Both the position numbers and the translations under genes were made by a program. Below are positions 59,499 through 64,000 of a DNA stretch of 64,000 nucleotides, piece after piece. Within the stretch, counting starts at the first letter, position 1. Each line of letters starts with the position of its first letter. Source of the DNA: the human T2T-CHM13v2.0 reference genome, Homo sapiens; assembly GCF_009914755.1 (NCBI RefSeq), contig NC_060938.1; one strand, written 5' to 3'. The notes under the pieces were generated by a model. That model was not told the DNA's origin. It saw only the letters and a program-made list of their open reading frames with translations, and did not search any database.

Positions 59499-61955
59499 AC
59501 AATGAGAACACTTGGACACAGGATGGGAAACATCACACAGTGGGGCCTGTCGTGGGGTGAGGGGAGGGGGGAGGGATAGCATTAGGAGATATACCTAATG
59601 TAAATGACGAGTTAATGGGTGCAGCACACCAACATGACACACGTATACATATGTAACAAACCTGCACGTTGTGCACATGTACCCTAGAACTTAAAGTATA
59701 ATAATAATAAATTAAAAAGGAGAAAGAAAAAAAAGTTAGGAAATTTGGAAAAGTCATAAATCTAAAAACAAAATTTAAAAAAAAACTAGTCAGCTATAAT
59801 CTCACCAACCAAAGATAAACACTCTTCAAATTTACAAGTTTCCAGCCAGGTTTTTTGCTGATTATATTAAAAACTAAAATGTGGGTACTATTTTATGGCT
59901 GCTCTCTGTCTCTCTCTCTTTTTTTTTTATTGCTTAACAACATAAAGGGAATGCTTTCCCATTTCCATACATATTCTCCTCGAGTGCATTTATAATGGCA
60001 GCATAGTTTTGCATCCTACAGATGTGCCATCACCTGTTTGGCTTTTCTCTTATTGCTGAGTATTTCAATTATTTTTCCTACTCAAGAAAACAGCCTGGGA
60101 GCTCATTAACTGTTTGAAATTTTGCCCTCGGTGGTAGTGGCCTCTTCCAAAGAGGTGTTTTGAGTGCATGTGACTACCAGGGTGGGAACTTGTTCTTGTT
60201 GAAGTTCTTGTTCTTTGTTTCAGTTTAGAGTGTTAAAAACATATGTCACTGCTGGCAAAAGGACACTACATGCAATTTGAACCAAAAACCCTTATTTATT
60301 AACCCACTAAAAGATATCTACATCAGCCTACAGGGCTATTGACATTCTATAGACGAAGTCAAAGTGCAGGAGGGAGCAAGAACAACCTCAGACCCATGGT
60401 GTGCTTGCTTGACTTCAGATACTTATAATTTTGTTCTCCTTCAAATCTTCTCCAGGTGAGCATAAAAAAAATGGATGTACTCTTCCAGAATTTTCCTTCA
60501 CCTACTTTATGAAAATAGTCATTTTTCACCTTCCTCCAGATTTCAAAAACGCCAGCAAAGCTTGATTTGGGAAGTGGTGCCCCCTGCTGCAGAGATGTTG
60601 CAGAGAGAAAATTCCTTGTGCTCTTCTGTCAGTGAGGCACTGCTCCAAGTCATTCACACTCCTTCACCTCGGTTTCTAGTAGGCTGATGACAGGGAGTGA
60701 GAGATGGAAACTCAGTTCCCTCAAAGGAATCTGGCCAGCTCAGGCTGTGGGCCTCAGTTGTGGGGAAGATTGAGTTATGATGGGAGATTCCTTATAGTTC
60801 TAAGACATGTGGAGATGAATTAGAAGGAAGCTAACCAATATTGCACAGATATTGTGCTGTGTATGATTCGTTTATGTATTTATAAAGGATGCCTCGTTCC
60901 CCACTAAAGTGCATTTGTTTTGATAGAGGGTTTTCACTCCACTTGGTCAAATTACAAATATGTTGTTATTAAGAAATTTCATAACTATGTTTATGTAAAA
61001 TGTGGTTTTAAATGTAATTTTTGAGAGAATTTATTTAAAAGTGAAAAACATGCTTATATGTGAAAAGTGGGTAATATAAACATGTTGCTTGTTTTTGAGA
61101 GAAAGTCTGTGGAAGAACTAATGAGAATCTAGGCTAAGGCTCCTATAAACTTCAATCTCTAGTGAGAGTTTTATCATAAAGTCCAGGCAGCTGTGCTGTC
61201 ATTGAACATTGAGCATCAGTATCCCCATATCTCTAAAGGGGAATGCTAAGCTGAGTTTTCTGCAGACCACGACCACCAGCTTTTGAGGTAACTTTAGCCT
61301 CCTTATGCAGAAATGAGGAAGAAAATCTTGTAGGTGAGGATCAATGATGCACTAGCTGGGCATCAGTGGCAGCCTGACAGTAAGACACTGATTGTTCCTC
61401 TTAAGTTGGTGTATGTCTGTCACTATTACCCTACACATTAGCTTGCTCCCTGCTACCTTATTGACAGAAACAAATGTAAATGCTGCATTAATCAAGTGTA
61501 TATGTGTCATAAATATTTTCTCTTAGTATGGCCTATACTTTGAAATCCTGAACCTAAGGGTTTTGGGTTTAACCTTGAGTTATCACTCAAAATGGAACAC
61601 CTATGTTTTCTTGTAGATCTTGTCCAGAATGGCCTGCTGAATCCTTGAAAGCCATAAGAGAGACGTGTAGCAACCTATTCTGAATCAACTTGTTCAATCT
61701 AGCAATTCTGTCACTCTAAGAGAATCTTCTCAGCCTCGTACTCCTTTCTTGGACAACCACTACTTTAAAAGCAGGATCATGTTCAATGGCATTCTGGCAA
61801 TACAGATGTCCATTAAGTAGAAATGCACAATGTCTACTTGTTGAATATCTAACTGTTCTCCAAATTTATTAACAGGATCTTCTATCTTGATAGGTAAAAA
61901 AAATTCATATTTTGAAATCTATCTATATAGATAGATAGATATATTTTCTTTCTGA

Positions 61956-62275
<320 letters not shown>

Positions 62276-62764
62276 TAGAACTCCTTCTTTCCACAGTGTA
62301 GAAAGTACACATTACAAAGCTCAGTCAAATGCCAGGAACTTAAACATCCACACATTAGCATAAATTGTTAATTAATTTCTCAAAAAAAGAAAAAAATGCA
62401 TCTCACTTGAATTCCAGGGAATCAACCTAAAGTATACTGAGATTCCTAAACTGAACCTTAAAACACAAGACACAGAATCAAAAGTCAAAGAACAAAAGGA
62501 ACATTCTTCAGCAGGAGATAGGGAGCTGGTTTTAGAAACAGGGGGAGATCACCGAGTCTCAGCATAAGCAAAAGCAACACAGAAACCTAGGCTTTTGAAA
62601 AATGTCTAAAATACAGCAAAAGAGAAGGCATTCGAATGTTTTTGTGTAGTAATAGCAGGCTACTAATACAGGAATACAGACTATATTAATCCATGACATT
62701 TCAGTGAAACAATAAAAACAACTCTTTGGACATCCAGAAACAAAGGATGTTTTATCTAGTTAAC

Positions 62765-63059
62765 TTTTTTTTTTTTTGAGACAGGGTCTGGCTCTGTCTC
62801 CCAGGCTGGAGTGCAGCAGCCCAACCTCGGCTCACTGTGACCTCCACCTCCTAGGCTCAAGCGATCCTCCCACCTCACCCTCCTGAGTAGTCGGGACTAC
62901 AGGCGTGTGCCACTACGCCCAGCTAATTTTTGTATTTTTTGTAGAGATGGGGTTTCACCATGTTGCCCAGACTGGTCCCAAATTCCTGGACTTAAGTGAT
63001 CCACTCACCTCACCCTCTCAAAGTGCTGGGATTACAGGCATGAACCACTGCCCCTGGCC
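62765..63059 (-). mobile_element. AluJ
   Basis: 'ggctcaagcgatcctcccacctca' and 'tttttgtagagatgggg'. Confidence 0.9.
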
Positions 63060-63353
63060 CCCTTTTTATTCATATGTGAAGACAATAGAAAGACATTCTT
63101 CCATCACTAATATTTACTTAATTAACATTTCTGAGTGCCTTTGATATGACAAGCACTATGCTAAGTGCCATATAGGGAGAGGTGAACAAAACAGACAGGT
63201 GCTTGTATCCTAGAAAACTTTGCCTCTGCACACCTTGCTTGTGATAATAATTATAGGGCATATGCCAAACACTGAGCTATAAATCTATGAAGGAAGGATG
63301 TTGCTTACTTATCACAAGTGATAACCAGTGATACCAGTATCTATGAGCCATAG

Positions 63354-63716
<363 letters not shown>

Positions 63717-64000
63717 AAGAAAACTCTTTCTTTATTGCAGCATTAGGCACCCCCAATAAGAGCCCACTCACATCATCATGATAGACAGAAACACTGCAGG
63801 GGGAAAAATGATCTTGCCTTTGGGCACCAGGACATTGGGACCTCCCAAGTAGTCTGCATCAGTGGATCATAAGGACCAACCATTTATCAAATCTGGGAAA
63901 GACAAAAGGCAAGCATAAGATTAAAAAGTAATGCAGGTCTTCACCAGATGGCTCTGCTGCTTAATAAGTAAAATCACAATCACAGAAGGTGATAACCAAG

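Overview
Primate (human-like) non-coding DNA that is mostly transposon-derived. I find no supportable host protein-coding exon, RNA gene or CRISPR array. The first ~32 kb is a dense endogenous-retrovirus (ERV) cluster. It holds an old class-I ERV relic (+), a deleted HERV-H (LTR7B-type, -), a HERV-I/HERVIP10FH provirus with LTR10-type LTRs nested inside an Alu (-), a HERVH48/HERV-Fb-like provirus with a tRNA-Phe primer-binding site (-), and several solo LTRs (MER34-, MER67-, LTR33-, MER61-, LTR8- and MER4-like). The rest has about 33 Alus/monomers across the window, old L1M/L2/CR1/MIR relics and a full-length L1PA5/6-type LINE-1 (53562-59734) with a 15-bp target-site duplication (TSD). I cannot support a new coding system. 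The best candidate for an undescribed system is regulatory: a possible ERV-built stress-responsive enhancer cluster. It combines a post-insertion expanded AP-1 tandem array in the HERV-I 5' LTR, a near-perfect p53 element in MER61, and KLF/ETS/YY1 motifs in neighbouring LTRs, next to CTCF-like sites. Repeat subfamily names come from recalled consensus sequences, not a database search. Boundaries without a stated TSD are approximate.
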